Below, piece after piece: positions 1 to 8,728 of a stretch of DNA of 17,693 nt. The stretch is from Nannocystis pusilla (GTDB taxonomy: Bacteria > Myxococcota_A > Polyangia > Nannocystales > Nannocystaceae). The first letter of the stretch is position 1. The number at the start of each line of letters is the position of its first letter. The notes under the pieces were generated by a model, which was not told the DNA's origin, did not search any database, and saw only the letters and a program-made list of their open reading frames with translations. Both the position numbers and the translations under genes were made by a program. Location: contig NZ_JAIRAU010000002.1 of the NCBI RefSeq assembly GCF_020073745.1, positions 1 to 17,693 on the forward strand, given 5' to 3'.

Positions 1-3000
1 GATCTTCTGCTTGAGGTCGCGGCTGCCGGGGGCGATGCCGAGAGCCCGCCCGAGCAGCGCGAGCGCCCGCTTGGCGTGGCCGAGCCCGTACTCGCACACC
101 TCGGCCATCTGCTCGAGGGTGACGACCTGCTGGGCGGCGTCGGTGAGGCTCTCGAGCCGCTTGCCGAGCGTGTCGAGGGTGGCCTGGTGATCGCCGGCCA
201 TGGTCTGCAGCTCGCCGAGGATCTTGAGGCCCTCGCTGTCGTCGGGCTCCTCGCGCATGAACCGCTGGAACGCGGCGATGGCCTTCTGCGGCTGGTTGAG
301 GTTGACGACGTAGTTGCGGGCGATCAGCGAGAACAGCTCGCGCCGCTCGTCGGTCTCGAGCGCGGACAGCAGGAGCACCTCGGCCTGGCGGATCAGGCGG
401 TCGTACTGGCCGGCGCGCTCGTACAGCTCGAGCAGCTTGAGGGCGACGTCGCGGTGGCCGACGGCGGAGGTCGAGGCGAGCTGCTCGAGCACGCGGATGG
501 CGGCCGCCGGGTTGTCGAGGCGGTCGGCCAGGACCTCGGCGCGCTCCCAGCCGATGCCGAGCGCCTCCTCGTCGCTGTCGGCCATCTCCTGCAAAGTGCC
601 GAGCGAGGCGGCGAGGCCGTGCCAGCTGCCGAGGTTGCGGTAGAGGCGGGTCAACGCCTCGGTGGCGCCGCGGTGGTCGCGGTGGATCCGCAGCGCGCGC
701 TCGAAGGCCGAGCAGGCCAGGTCGGCGTCGCCGAGCGAGGCCTCGGCGACGTGGCCCAGGCGCATGAGATAGTCGAGCTGGCGGATCGCCGGCGTGCGCG
801 CCGAGCTGGCGGCCTTGCCGAGCAGGTTGGCCAGCTCCTCGCGGTTGCCGAGCGCCTCGTAGGCGGCGATCAGCTTGTCGGTGACCTCGAGGTTGTGCGG
901 ATCGGCGGCTTGCAGCTGCGTCCACGCCTGGGCCGAGCGCTGCGGATCTTGCAGCTTGCGGTCGGCGACGTCGGCCATGCGGCGGATGATGCGGGTGCGC
1001 TGGGCCGGCTCGCCGACGAGCTGCAGCTCGCGCGAGAGGGCCTCGTACTCGCCGCCGGCGTCGCCGAGCTCGGACGACAGACCCTGCATGCGGTGGACGG
1101 CGTCGAGGTCGGACGGGCTGTAGCCGAGGATCTGCTCGCAGGCCCACAGCGCCTCGCGCGGGCTGTGCAGCTCGTGCTGCCACAGCTCGGCCATGCGCCG
1201 CAGCAGGACCACCCGCTGCGAGATGCTGCGGGTGACGTCGTGCTGGCGCCGCAGCAGGTCGATGACCTGGTCGTAAGCACCTGTCCGTTCGTACATCTCC
1301 GCGAGCGCCCGCAGGGCCCCCTCGTGGCCGGGCGCCAGCGCGAGCATCTCCTGCAGGAGGACGATGGTGCGCTGCGGGTCGGTCATGCGCTCGCGGTGGG
1401 CCTGCGACAGCCGGCGCAGCACCTCGAAGCGCCGCTGCGGATCGACGGTGCGCTGCAGCTCGGCCTCGAGGGTGGCGAGGTTGGCGTCGAGCATGCGCGC
1501 GCGCTTGTCGATGCGGGCGATCTGGTCGCGCGGGCGCCAGTCGTTGGGGTAGGCCAGCGCGAGCCGGTTCCACGCGTCGAGGGCGCCGGCGAGGTCGCCG
1601 AGGCGACGCTCGTAGATCTCGGCCAGCTCGACGAAGTGCTCGGCGAACTCGCTGCGCGCGAGCGGGCTGTCGGGGCCGCCGCCCATCTGCAGCGCCTGGT
1701 CGACCTGGTAGAGGATGAGGCCGGCGAGGTGCGACCAGTTGTTCTTGCGCCGCCAGTGCTCCTTGTAGCCCTCGAACGCCTCGTGGTTGAAGGGCTCGCG
1801 CTCGAGCACGCGGTAGAAGGCGACCGCGGCCCGCTCCTCGTCGCCGAGGTCCTCGCGGGCGACGCGGGCGGCCCACAGCAGCTTGTCGGTCGACAGGCTG
1901 TTGGGGTCCTGCTCCGACCAGCGCTCGTACAGGCCGACGAGGGCGTGGTTGTCGCCGAGCTCGACGAGCAAGGCCTCGAGCCGCAGCCAGGCGTCGCCGC
2001 CGGGCCGCTCGAGCCGCGAGGCCTGCTCGTAGCAGGCGCGCGCCTCCTCGCGGCGGGCGAGGCGAGTCTCGAGCAGCTCGCCGCGCGACAGCCACAGGCC
2101 GTAGCTGTCGGCCTCGGTGACGTAGCCGATCCAGGCGCCGTAGAGGTCGTCGAGCTCCATCCACTTCTCCTGCGCCATCAACAGCTCGGCCAGCGCGTTG
2201 CCGGCCTCGTGGTGATCGGGGCGCAGGCTCATGGCCCGACGCAGGAGGTTGTAGGCGATCTTGTCGTCGCCCTGGCTGCGCGCGAGCTTGGCTGCGCGAA
2301 AGAACACGTCGGCGGCCTTCTGCAGGCCCTCGTCGCTGGCCTTGCCGCTGCCGAGGTAGAGCGCGCCGAACGCCCGCAAGGCGGCGACGTCGTCAGGGTT
2401 GGCCTTGAGCGCGGCCTGCAGGTGAAGCGCGGCCGAGGGGATGTTCTCGAGCTGCTCGGCCTCGATCCGCGCGAGCCGCAGGTGGAGCCCGGCGAACCGC
2501 TCGCGCTCGCGGACGGCGTCGGTCCGCGCGAGCTCGGCGTTGATCAGATCGATGACCCGCAGCCAGGCCCCCGCCTGAAGGTGCAGCCGGATCAGCTGCT
2601 CGGCCGCGTCTCGCTCGTTGTGGTTGATCTCGAGCGCAGCCCGATAGCAAGCGATCGCCTCGTCGACCTGACAGCGCTGCTCGTCGACCTTGCCGAGCTC
2701 GACCAGCGCGGCCGGCACGGCCCCTCGATCGTTCCGCCGCAGATGATCGAGGCGGAACTTGAGGAGCGTGGCGAGCTCGTCCAGCGCGCCGATCTCCTGG
2801 TAGACCTTGCGCAACAGCTCGAAGGCGCGATGATTGTGCGGCTCGGCCTGCAGCGCCCGCACGAGCGCGTAGGCGGCCTGCGGCTTGTCCTTGACCCGGT
2901 CGTACCATAGCTCGTACGCCTGCACGCACAGCTCGCCGACCTTCGCCGGGCCGCTGATCGCCGCGGCGTGCACGACGAGCAAGGTGGCGAGCCCGCTCCA

Positions 3001-3168
3001 ATTCTCGGCCTCGCGGAAGGCCCGGCGCAGACGCAAGAATGCGTCGTCGCTCGGCTTGGCTCGAAACGCAGCCAGCTCCGGCGGCTCTCCAGGAACCACA
3101 GGCGGCAACGGGCAAGGCAGATCGTGAGGCGAGGGCTGGCGCTTGGGCGCGACGGCAGTTTCAGGCAT
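1..3168 (-). CDS. TPR/helical-repeat protein (N-terminus in window, 3' end runs off window start; >1055 aa)
   Basis: Translating the minus strand in the frame phased with the 76..2910 + ORF gives protein-like, Leu/Ala/Glu-rich helical-repeat sequence, e.g. ...ERAAVAFYRVLE... and ...AYELWYDRVKDKPQAAYALVRALQAEP.... The first in-frame ATG after an upstream TGA (3214-3216) is at 3166-3168. A GTG at 3205-3207 is an alternative start. The listed 944-aa + ORF is its in-phase antisense shadow. Confidence 0.8.
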   Translation of the reverse strand, partial: MPETAVAPKRQPSPHDLPCPLPPVVPGEPPELAAFRAKPSDDAFLRLRRAFREAENWSGLATLLVVHAAAISGPAKVGELCVQAYELWYDRVKDKPQAAYALVRALQAEPHNHRAFELLRKVYQEIGALDELATLLKFRLDHLRRNDRGAVPAALVELGKVDEQRCQVDEAIACYRAALEINHNERDAAEQLIRLHLQAGAWLRVIDLINAELARTDAVRERERFAGLHLRLARIEAEQLENIPSAALHLQAALKANPDDVAALRAFGALYLGSGKASDEGLQKAADVFFRAAKLARSQGDDKIAYNLLRRAMSLRPDHHEAGNALAELLMAQEKWMELDDLYGAWIGYVTEADSYGLWLSRGELLETRLARREEARACYEQASRLERPGGDAWLRLEALLVELGDNHALVGLYERWSEQDPNSLSTDKLLWAARVAREDLGDEERAAVAFYRVLEREPFNHEAFEGYKEHWRRKNNWSHLAGLILYQVDQALQMGGGPDSPLARSEFAEHFVELAEIYERRLGDLAGALDAWNRLALAYPNDWRPRDQIARIDKRARMLDANLATLEAELQRTVDPQRRFEVLRRLSQAHRERMTDPQRTIVLLQEMLALAPGHEGALRALAEMYERTGAYDQVIDLLRRQHDVTRSISQRVVLLRRMAELWQHELHSPREALWACEQILGYSPSDLDAVHRMQGLSSELGDAGGEYEALSRELQLVGEPAQRTRIIRRMADVADRKLQDPQRSAQAWTQLQAADPHNLEVTDKLIAAYEALGNREELANLLGKAASSARTPAIRQLDYLMRLGHVAEASLGDADLACSAFERALRIHRDHRGATEALTRLYRNLGSWHGLAASLGTLQEMADSDEEALGIGWERAEVLADRLDNPAAAIRVLEQLASTSAVGHRDVALKLLELYERAGQYDRLIRQAEVLLLSALETDERRELFSLIARNYVVNLNQPQKAIAAFQRFMREEPDDSEGLKILGELQTMAGDHQATLDTLGKRLESLTDAAQQVVTLEQMAEVCEYGLGHAKRALALLGRALGIAPGSRDLKQKI

Positions 3169-3275
3169 GGGGCGTGGTGCCGCGAGCGGGGCCGCCCAAG
3201 GTACCACGCCCGCTCACGCGTGTGGGTGCGCAGGCGGACAGGTGACCGTGGGCGAGATCGCGCCCCGACCGTAGG

Positions 3276-3303
3276 GGGAAAACTGGGGTGGGGGGGAATG
3301 GCC
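3276..3303. other. G-tract cluster (G5-N6-G4-N1-G7-N3-GG), potential G-quadruplex / slippage-prone homopolymer
   Basis: The sequence gggggaaaactggggtgggggggaatgg lies at the left edge of the low-GC islet. Confidence 0.4.
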
Positions 3304-3532
3304 TCAGAGGGAGTTGACTGCTCAGTCGCGTGGGCACCTGAACAACCTCCGGGATACTATGCACAAGAAGCTCATCCTCCCGTACCGCTCGACTCCCCGC
3401 TGGGAAGGAGAGCGGGACGCGTTCATCCGGGGCCACTTGTGATCACGGGTCTTTCGCGGTGGCGGATGATGCTGCCAAACCGAGCGCCACAGCCAGAAGA
3501 CCCACCGCAAAGCTCCCAGCGGTTGAATACCC

Positions 3533-4408
3533 ATGTCTCAGACACAAAATATGATTGAAGAATACTTCCGTGCGAAGACGCAGGAGCTCCTTGCTGCCGC
3601 GAAACTCCCAGTGACTGATCACGGGGGACTACGTGGGGTCCACCGAGAATTGGTCGTGGATCGTTTCCTGTGCGAAGTCCTTCCTCGCCGTTTTGAAGTG
3701 GGGCATGGTCAGGTACACGGGGTTGTGCATCGAAGTCGGGAAGCCGACGTCATCCTTTGGGACGCTCTGAATTACCCGAGGCTCCAACTTCGAGGCTCGA
3801 CGATCTTCTTCGCCGAGTCCGTCCGCGCATCCATCGAAGTTAAGTCTCGCTGGAGTGTCGAAGAATTGGACGACATTTTGGTGAAAACAAAAGCTCTCAG
3901 GGATATTGTGACTGCTCCGCGGATAAATATTGACGATGCTCTGCAGCGAATGCAGCTGGATATTGCCTACCTCGCAGGAGGACCGGCTCCGACGGGAGCT
4001 CTGGCTGTTCAACATCGTATCGGCACTGCCGGTTTCGTATTCTTCGGAGGGCAAAGGTTCGAGCTGAAGGATGTCAAGGCAGAGACTATGGATCATGCTG
4101 ATGATTGCTGGCCCGACGTTTTACTCTTCCTTGAGGCCGGCATTGTAGTTCTCAAGGAATGGGAGGAGCGCGAAGGGCTGGGGGGTGGTCAGGGGGAATT
4201 GCTTCGCTTCGATCTTGGCGCAGATGCCCTCCTTTTCTTCACCGACGCTCTTCTGCGTGGACTTGTTGCACGTTCGGTGTTTGTGGAAACACCACTCGAC
4301 TTGGCAAGTTACCAAATTCCTTCGCTGCACTCACAGCCGGTTGAGCGAGTCTCCTTCCGCCTCACTCGACCCAACCCAGGTCGCAGGTATTTCTTCGATG
4401 ATGAGTAG
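3533..4408 (+). CDS. Predicted PD-(D/E)xK-fold nuclease-like protein (resembles DUF6602-type proteins); foreign codon usage
   Basis: A 291-aa ORF with non-native codon usage. The N-terminal half has a restriction-endonuclease-like motif pattern: ...HRE..., a hydrophobic strand ending in Asp (ADVILWD), then an E-x-K on the next strand (SIEVKSR). An alternative start is at ATG 3551 (MIEEYF...). No clear SD is present. Confidence 0.7.
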   Translation: MSQTQNMIEEYFRAKTQELLAAAKLPVTDHGGLRGVHRELVVDRFLCEVLPRRFEVGHGQVHGVVHRSREADVILWDALNYPRLQLRGSTIFFAESVRASIEVKSRWSVEELDDILVKTKALRDIVTAPRINIDDALQRMQLDIAYLAGGPAPTGALAVQHRIGTAGFVFFGGQRFELKDVKAETMDHADDCWPDVLLFLEAGIVVLKEWEEREGLGGGQGELLRFDLGADALLFFTDALLRGLVARSVFVETPLDLASYQIPSLHSQPVERVSFRLTRPNPGRRYFFDDE

Positions 4409-4410
4409 GC

Positions 4411-4431
4411 CGCCTCCCCTGCGAGGAGGCG
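4411..4431 (+). terminator. Hairpin immediately after the stop codon of the nuclease-like gene (7-bp GC stem, 7-nt loop, no U-tract)
   Basis: The sequence cgcctcc-cctgcga-ggaggcg lies directly downstream of TAG 4406-4408. Confidence 0.4.
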
Positions 4432-4551
4432 TTCGCCAACGGACGACTGCTCGTGCAAGATAAGATGGCTATCGATGAACAATGGATAAACGAGGCGGCT
4501 TTAAAGCCAATATGCCGGGGAAATGCTGTTTGGACGAGCCCGGACGGACGC

Positions 4552-4572
4552 CGGTGTTGAGTAGCAACACCG
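4552..4572. promoter_or_regulatory. Perfect 8-bp stem / 5-nt loop hairpin (cggtgttg-agtag-caacaccg) in the AT-richer right border of the islet
   Basis: The inverted repeat was read directly in the sequence. Its function is unknown. Confidence 0.3.
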
Positions 4573-5081
4573 CTTGATATTCCCCTAATGAGAGGTACAT
4601 CGAGCAAGCCAACGCTGAAGCGTGCTTCCTCACCCGACGCGAGCTCGAGATACTGTCCTGGCTGGACGTCGCTTCCGCGAGGAAGATCGAGCCGGCTGAG
4701 CGAGGTCGGCGTGATTGGCGGTCGTCGCACGCGGCGCTCGACCAGGCGGCGGGACGACCGGGGCGACCATCAGCTGCAGCAGCGACTCGAGCGGCTGCGG
4801 CGCCATCGGGTCCTGGACGGCGATCGTCTCGGTCCCTTTGCTGCGCAGGGTGAACTCGAGGCGCAGCGGCTCACCCGCAAGGATGATCTCGTCGACCTGC
4901 AGGCGCGGTCCAAGCGCGCGTCATGTCGTCCGCCTGCGGGCACGAGCCCGCATCCCACCAACCCCACGAGGATTCGCCTGACCGGAAAGCGGTTCCTAGC
5001 CCCCAAGCAGGGGCCTGGCCGCTCAGTGTCCCCTCTGTCGACTGTTTCCGGCCCCAGACAGACTGCGCTATTCTGCGCGTC

Positions 5082-5270
5082 GTGGCGCGCTCCGTCACCC
5101 TCGCCGCCGTCGCCTTGATCGCCACCGCCTGCGACGGTGGCAGCGGTCAGGAGACGGGTTTCGGCTCGAGCCTCACCACGGCGCCGCCGGGGACCAGTTC
5201 GATCGGTTCGCCATTCGCGGACGCGAGGTCGTGTTCGCGGCGAATGATGGTCCCGACGACGGAACCGTGA
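5082..5270 (+). CDS. Possible small lipoprotein (63 aa, GTG start)
   Basis: GC3 rises sharply from about 5070. The product MARSVTLAAVALIATAC|DGGSGQE... has a positively charged n-region, a hydrophobic core and a lipobox-like IATAC. There is no SD, the start is GTG, and the C-terminal half is unconvincing. Confidence 0.25.
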   Translation: MARSVTLAAVALIATACDGGSGQETGFGSSLTTAPPGTSSIGSPFADARSCSRRMMVPTTEP

Positions 5271-5312
5271 TTGTGAGGAGTGCCGGGGCGATGCGTCGAG
5301 CCTGGCCTGGTT

Positions 5313-6986
5313 TCAGGGACGGCGGGGGGACGAAAATTCGTACGCGACGGTCACACCGACGAAGTTCGACGGGGAGGGCCGGGGAAACGTCCAGCGTTTC
5401 GCAGCCTCGATGATGCAGTCCGCGAGGTCCTTCTCCGCGACAGGGCCGTACTTGACGCTGGCGAAGCCGACAGCGCCATCCGGACGAACCACGAGATGGA
5501 AGGGAATATACACGGCCTCCGGGAAGGGGCGCGGATGCACCCGCTCCTGGCACTCGCGGACCGCGGGCAATCGACCATCGAGGGTCTCGCGCACTGCAGG
5601 TACCGCGAGGCCCTTCTCGACGAGGAGGGTCCCGATCGAGATCGAGACGGGCACCGGTGGCGGCCGTGCGCCCGGGGCGACGATGACAAGCAGCGCGAGG
5701 GCCACGATCCCCACGGGGATCAGGACCCACCACCAGGACGCGGCGAAAAGCGGCTTGCCAGCCGCCCATTCTTGTTCCGGTTCCGTCGTCGCCTGGGGCT
5801 CGGGCGAAGGTTGCAGAGGAACTTTCGTCGCGCCGGCCGAGGGGCCCTGGGTCTCACTCCTCGGCGGGGGAACGGCGCCACGGGGACGGGGTGGCGGCGG
5901 CGTCGGCTCGACGACCGGCAGCACCAGTCCTTCGCGCAAGGCCGCGATCAGCTCGCCCACGCGCTGGATCCGCTGCCTGGGCTCGGGCACGAGCGCGCGA
6001 CGCAGGACGTGGCGGAGAAACGGTGAGCACGTCAGCCCAGCGAGGAATCCATCGAGATTGGCGAGCAGGTCGTGCGGCGTGAGCTCGGCGTGCGACAGCG
6101 CGAAGACGGTGGTCATCGCCAGGCCGTAGACGTCGGTCGCCGGGGTGGGCTCGGCGCCGCGCCGAAGCAACTCCGGCGCGGCGTAGACGAGAGAACCGCC
6201 GAGCGTGCCGGTCGTCAGGGTGGCGAAGTCGGGGCCGGTCACCAGGTCGAAGTCCGTGAGCTTGGCGCGTCCATTCCTCGTGATGAGGATGTTGCTCGGC
6301 TTGACGTCGCGGTGGACGATCCCTTCGTTGTGCACGTAATCGAGGGCTTCGCCGACCTGAGCGAGCAGATCGAGCCGTGTGGCCATCGGCGCGCGTCGCT
6401 GCAGGACCAGGGCTTCGAAGGTCTCGCCGGGGAGGTATTCCATGGCGAAGAACAGACGGCCGCCGTCGATGCCGCCGCTGGCGCGGATCTGGACCAGCCC
6501 GGGGTGCCGCAAACGCGAGAGGATCGCCGCACCGCGGAGGAAGCGGCGCCGGCGCTCGTCGTCGGATCCGTGGTGCTCATGCAAGATCTTGAGCGCGACG
6601 TACTCGTGACTGGCGAGGTCGAGCGCCCGCCATACACTGGCGAACCCGCCGCTGCCCAGCCGCTCGGCGAGACGGTATGCGCCGTCTCCGAGAGTCACGC
6701 CTGGTTCGAGAGCACGAGGGGCGAGCCATTGCGACCGGACTCGGGTGATGTCGTCCCGCCGATGCGGCCGCTCCGCGAGCAAACGGGCGAAGAACGCGTC
6801 GTCGAGGAGGCCGTGGCGCTCGAGCAGCTTCACCGCTGCGTCGGCGAGCATCATCAGGCTGGCGCTCTCTCCAGGCAAGCCGGCCCGCAGCGCCGCACCC
6901 TCCGGACATTCGCCGAGGAAGCACCGGAGCTCGGCGGGGTCGAACAGCGACACGAGGAGTTCGCGGAGTACGCCGGTGCGCGGCAT
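5313..6986 (-). CDS. Hanks-type Ser/Thr protein kinase with N-terminal EAD1-like (death-like) domain, one TM helix and a periplasmic TonB-C-like domain
   Basis: Kinase motifs are present: GSGGFASVW (Gly loop), VALK, HRDVKPSNIL, DFD, AAPE. The first 85 aa (LRELLVSLFDPAELRCFL...LMMLADAAVKLLERHGLLDDAFFARLLAERP) fit the effector-associated-domain pattern. A Pro-rich linker is followed by the TM segment WWWVLIPVGIVALALLVIVA. The C-terminus, AVYIPFHLVVRPDGAVGFASVKYGP...RWTFPRP...VGVTVAYEF, is TonB-C-like. The start is set at the ATG for MPRTGVL (6984-6986). The 88-codon upstream extension in the ORF track is Arg-rich junk. Confidence 0.85.
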   Translation of the reverse strand: MPRTGVLRELLVSLFDPAELRCFLGECPEGAALRAGLPGESASLMMLADAAVKLLERHGLLDDAFFARLLAERPHRRDDITRVRSQWLAPRALEPGVTLGDGAYRLAERLGSGGFASVWRALDLASHEYVALKILHEHHGSDDERRRRFLRGAAILSRLRHPGLVQIRASGGIDGGRLFFAMEYLPGETFEALVLQRRAPMATRLDLLAQVGEALDYVHNEGIVHRDVKPSNILITRNGRAKLTDFDLVTGPDFATLTTGTLGGSLVYAAPELLRRGAEPTPATDVYGLAMTTVFALSHAELTPHDLLANLDGFLAGLTCSPFLRHVLRRALVPEPRQRIQRVGELIAALREGLVLPVVEPTPPPPRPRGAVPPPRSETQGPSAGATKVPLQPSPEPQATTEPEQEWAAGKPLFAASWWWVLIPVGIVALALLVIVAPGARPPPVPVSISIGTLLVEKGLAVPAVRETLDGRLPAVRECQERVHPRPFPEAVYIPFHLVVRPDGAVGFASVKYGPVAEKDLADCIIEAAKRWTFPRPSPSNFVGVTVAYEFSSPRRP

Positions 6987-7517
6987 CGGTCGCGAGTGTA
7001 ACCGAGATCGCGCGCGCAACCTGGTGGGACAGCGAATCCTCGCGGCGGAGCCCGGCAAGGCGGGTGGAGGCGATGTCCGGCGTGCCGCGAAGGGCGACCT
7101 AATTTTCGGGATCTGGCCCGGACGAGCGGATCGGGCCTGCGGAACACGTCGGCCCCGGCGCTTCAAATCGCCTCCGGGGCGGTCAAGAAAGGTCTGCGCC
7201 TGCGAGACGGGTCGATGCCCCGGCGAAACCGTGAGGCGCCGAGGGGACAATGTGCTTTGTCAGGCGCGGTCGGTCGGCTGGAGGGGAGGGCGGCGACGCG
7301 AATGTCGACACTCTGACCCGATGCTTTGCGCTCGTGATGCACAACTGGAACTACCCCTGCCGCTCGCGTGATTCATCGCCTCGAGAGCGACGAATGCGGG
7401 ATCATGACAGGGGGACGCGGAGCGGCCGGGTGCCCCACGGTTCGGGGTCTGCCCGTCGCGCGCGAGCCCGGGGGCGAGCTGCTCGGCGGGGTTGCTGCCC
7501 CAGCAGGGGCCGTCGTT

Positions 7518-8651
7518 TCAGAAGCGGCCGGTGAGGTTGAACAGGGCGCCGCGAGGGCTCGGGCGCAGGGCGAACGACAGGCGCTTGCCGAGGTCGCTGC
7601 GGTGGAGGGTGGGCACGAGGACGCCGATCGAGGTGCCGGCGATCGAGCCGGCGATCACATCGGTCCAGAAGTGCTTGCCGGCCTCGACGCGGAGGAGCGC
7701 GGTGGTGGCGGCGATGCCGATCGCCGCCAGCCACACCGGTACGGCGGCGCGCGCCCGCGAGTGACGCAGGGTGAAGATGGTGGCCCAGGCGGTCATCATG
7801 GCGAAGGCGGTGGAGGCGTGACCTGAATAAAAGGACAGGCGCGCCTCCTCGTCGCGGATGTCGCCGAGCGAGTTGTCCTGGTCGTAGCTGTAGGGGCGCG
7901 GGCGGCGGACGGCGTACTTGACGAGGTTGGTGAGGCCGACGTTGACGGCGAGGACCTGGAACAGGACGACGACGTCGCGGGCCCAGCCGCCTGCTGCCCG
8001 GCGGTAGGAGCCGGGGGCGCGCCGGCCGGTGACGAGGGCGTCGGCGAGGTCGGCGACCAGCGGGGCGGCGATGGCGGTGTAGAGCAGGGCGTCGGAGGCG
8101 TGGGCGGCCGCCGGGTTGTCGTTGCCGAGGACGCGGCGGTCGAGGCCGTTGATCCGCGAACGATCGCAGGCGGCGCAGCCGGCCCAGCTCGAGTCCCTGG
8201 CGGCCAGGTCGCTGCCGAGCCACAGGGCGAGGCCGAGGCCGATGACGGGGACGTCGATCGCGGGCCGGATCCGCATGAGGTGCGGCGGGAGAGCGGGCGG
8301 CGCGGGAGCGGATGGTGCGGCGGAGATGTCCTCGGGGGTATGTCCCGAGGGCGGGGCGGGCTGTTGCGGGGAGGTCCCGGGCGGGTGCGCCGCGGGCGAC
8401 GGGGTGGAATTGTGCGAGATGTCCTCGGGGACATGTGTGGACGCGGGCGAGGCGTCTGTGGGTGGCCTGTCTTGAGGAGCATGTCCGGAGGGACCGACCG
8501 AGGGCGCCCAGGCGTCGAGCGGCGCCAGGGCGGGCGGGGCGGAGGCGTCGGGCGCGAGGGAGAGCGCGACGCGGCCGGGGACGAGGGGATGCGCGGCGAC
8601 GGGCGGCGCGAGGAGGGCGACGAGCAGGGCGGAGAGCAGACGGCGCGACAT
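7518..8651 (-). CDS. PAP2-family (type 2 phosphatidic acid phosphatase-like) membrane/periplasmic phosphatase with signal peptide and Pro-rich repeat linker
   Basis: PAP2 motifs KYAVRRPRP, YSGHAS and RVEAGKHFWTDVIAG are present. The N-terminus, MSRRLLSALLVALLAPPVAA, is signal-like. An alternative start is at 8687 (MHVKSRHTRRTR...). The Pro-rich segment contains a roughly 93-bp-spaced direct repeat (PEDIS...). Confidence 0.85.
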   Translation of the reverse strand: MSRRLLSALLVALLAPPVAAHPLVPGRVALSLAPDASAPPALAPLDAWAPSVGPSGHAPQDRPPTDASPASTHVPEDISHNSTPSPAAHPPGTSPQQPAPPSGHTPEDISAAPSAPAPPALPPHLMRIRPAIDVPVIGLGLALWLGSDLAARDSSWAGCAACDRSRINGLDRRVLGNDNPAAAHASDALLYTAIAAPLVADLADALVTGRRAPGSYRRAAGGWARDVVVLFQVLAVNVGLTNLVKYAVRRPRPYSYDQDNSLGDIRDEEARLSFYSGHASTAFAMMTAWATIFTLRHSRARAAVPVWLAAIGIAATTALLRVEAGKHFWTDVIAGSIAGTSIGVLVPTLHRSDLGKRLSFALRPSPRGALFNLTGRF

Positions 8652-8728
8652 CCGGGTGCGGCGAGTATGCCTGCTCTTCACATGCACGGGAACGGGGCGC
8701 TGCCGTACCCTGCCCAGTCTTGGCGCGC

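Larger units (their letters stand above)
3280..4620. other. Low-GC islet (putative horizontally acquired DNA) carrying one nuclease-like gene
   Basis: Base composition drops visibly, with many A/T-rich stretches, relative to the roughly 70% GC flanks. The enclosed CDS uses many A/T-ending codons (aaa, gaa, att, gat, ttt), unlike neighbouring genes, which are above 90% GC3. No integrase or tRNA is seen. Confidence 0.5.

Noticed and set aside
76-2910. 944-aa + strand ORF
   Set aside because: It is the in-phase antisense shadow of the minus-strand TPR gene. Its translation is low-complexity L/A/G/E/R. The minus frame gives clean TPR-like sequence.
3330-4470. GACTGCTC direct repeats near both islet borders as att-like target duplications
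   Set aside because: Only 8 bp match and the positions are not at the composition boundaries, so this is compatible with chance.
4630-4700. LuxR-type HTH (LTRRELEILSWL)
   Set aside because: Only about 12 residues match. The following sequence does not fit the HTH, so this is likely coincidence or a decayed remnant.
5147-5330. Minus-strand protein-like frame (...GSVVGTIIRREHDLASANGEPIELVPGGAVVRLEPKPVS*)
   Set aside because: There is no ATG, GTG or TTG start within the open frame. It is probably a chance or antisense frame.
6072-7001. 309-aa + ORF, and the 5' extension of the kinase ORF to 7250
   Set aside because: Both are Arg-rich out-of-frame or antisense products of the kinase locus. The kinase start is better placed at 6986.
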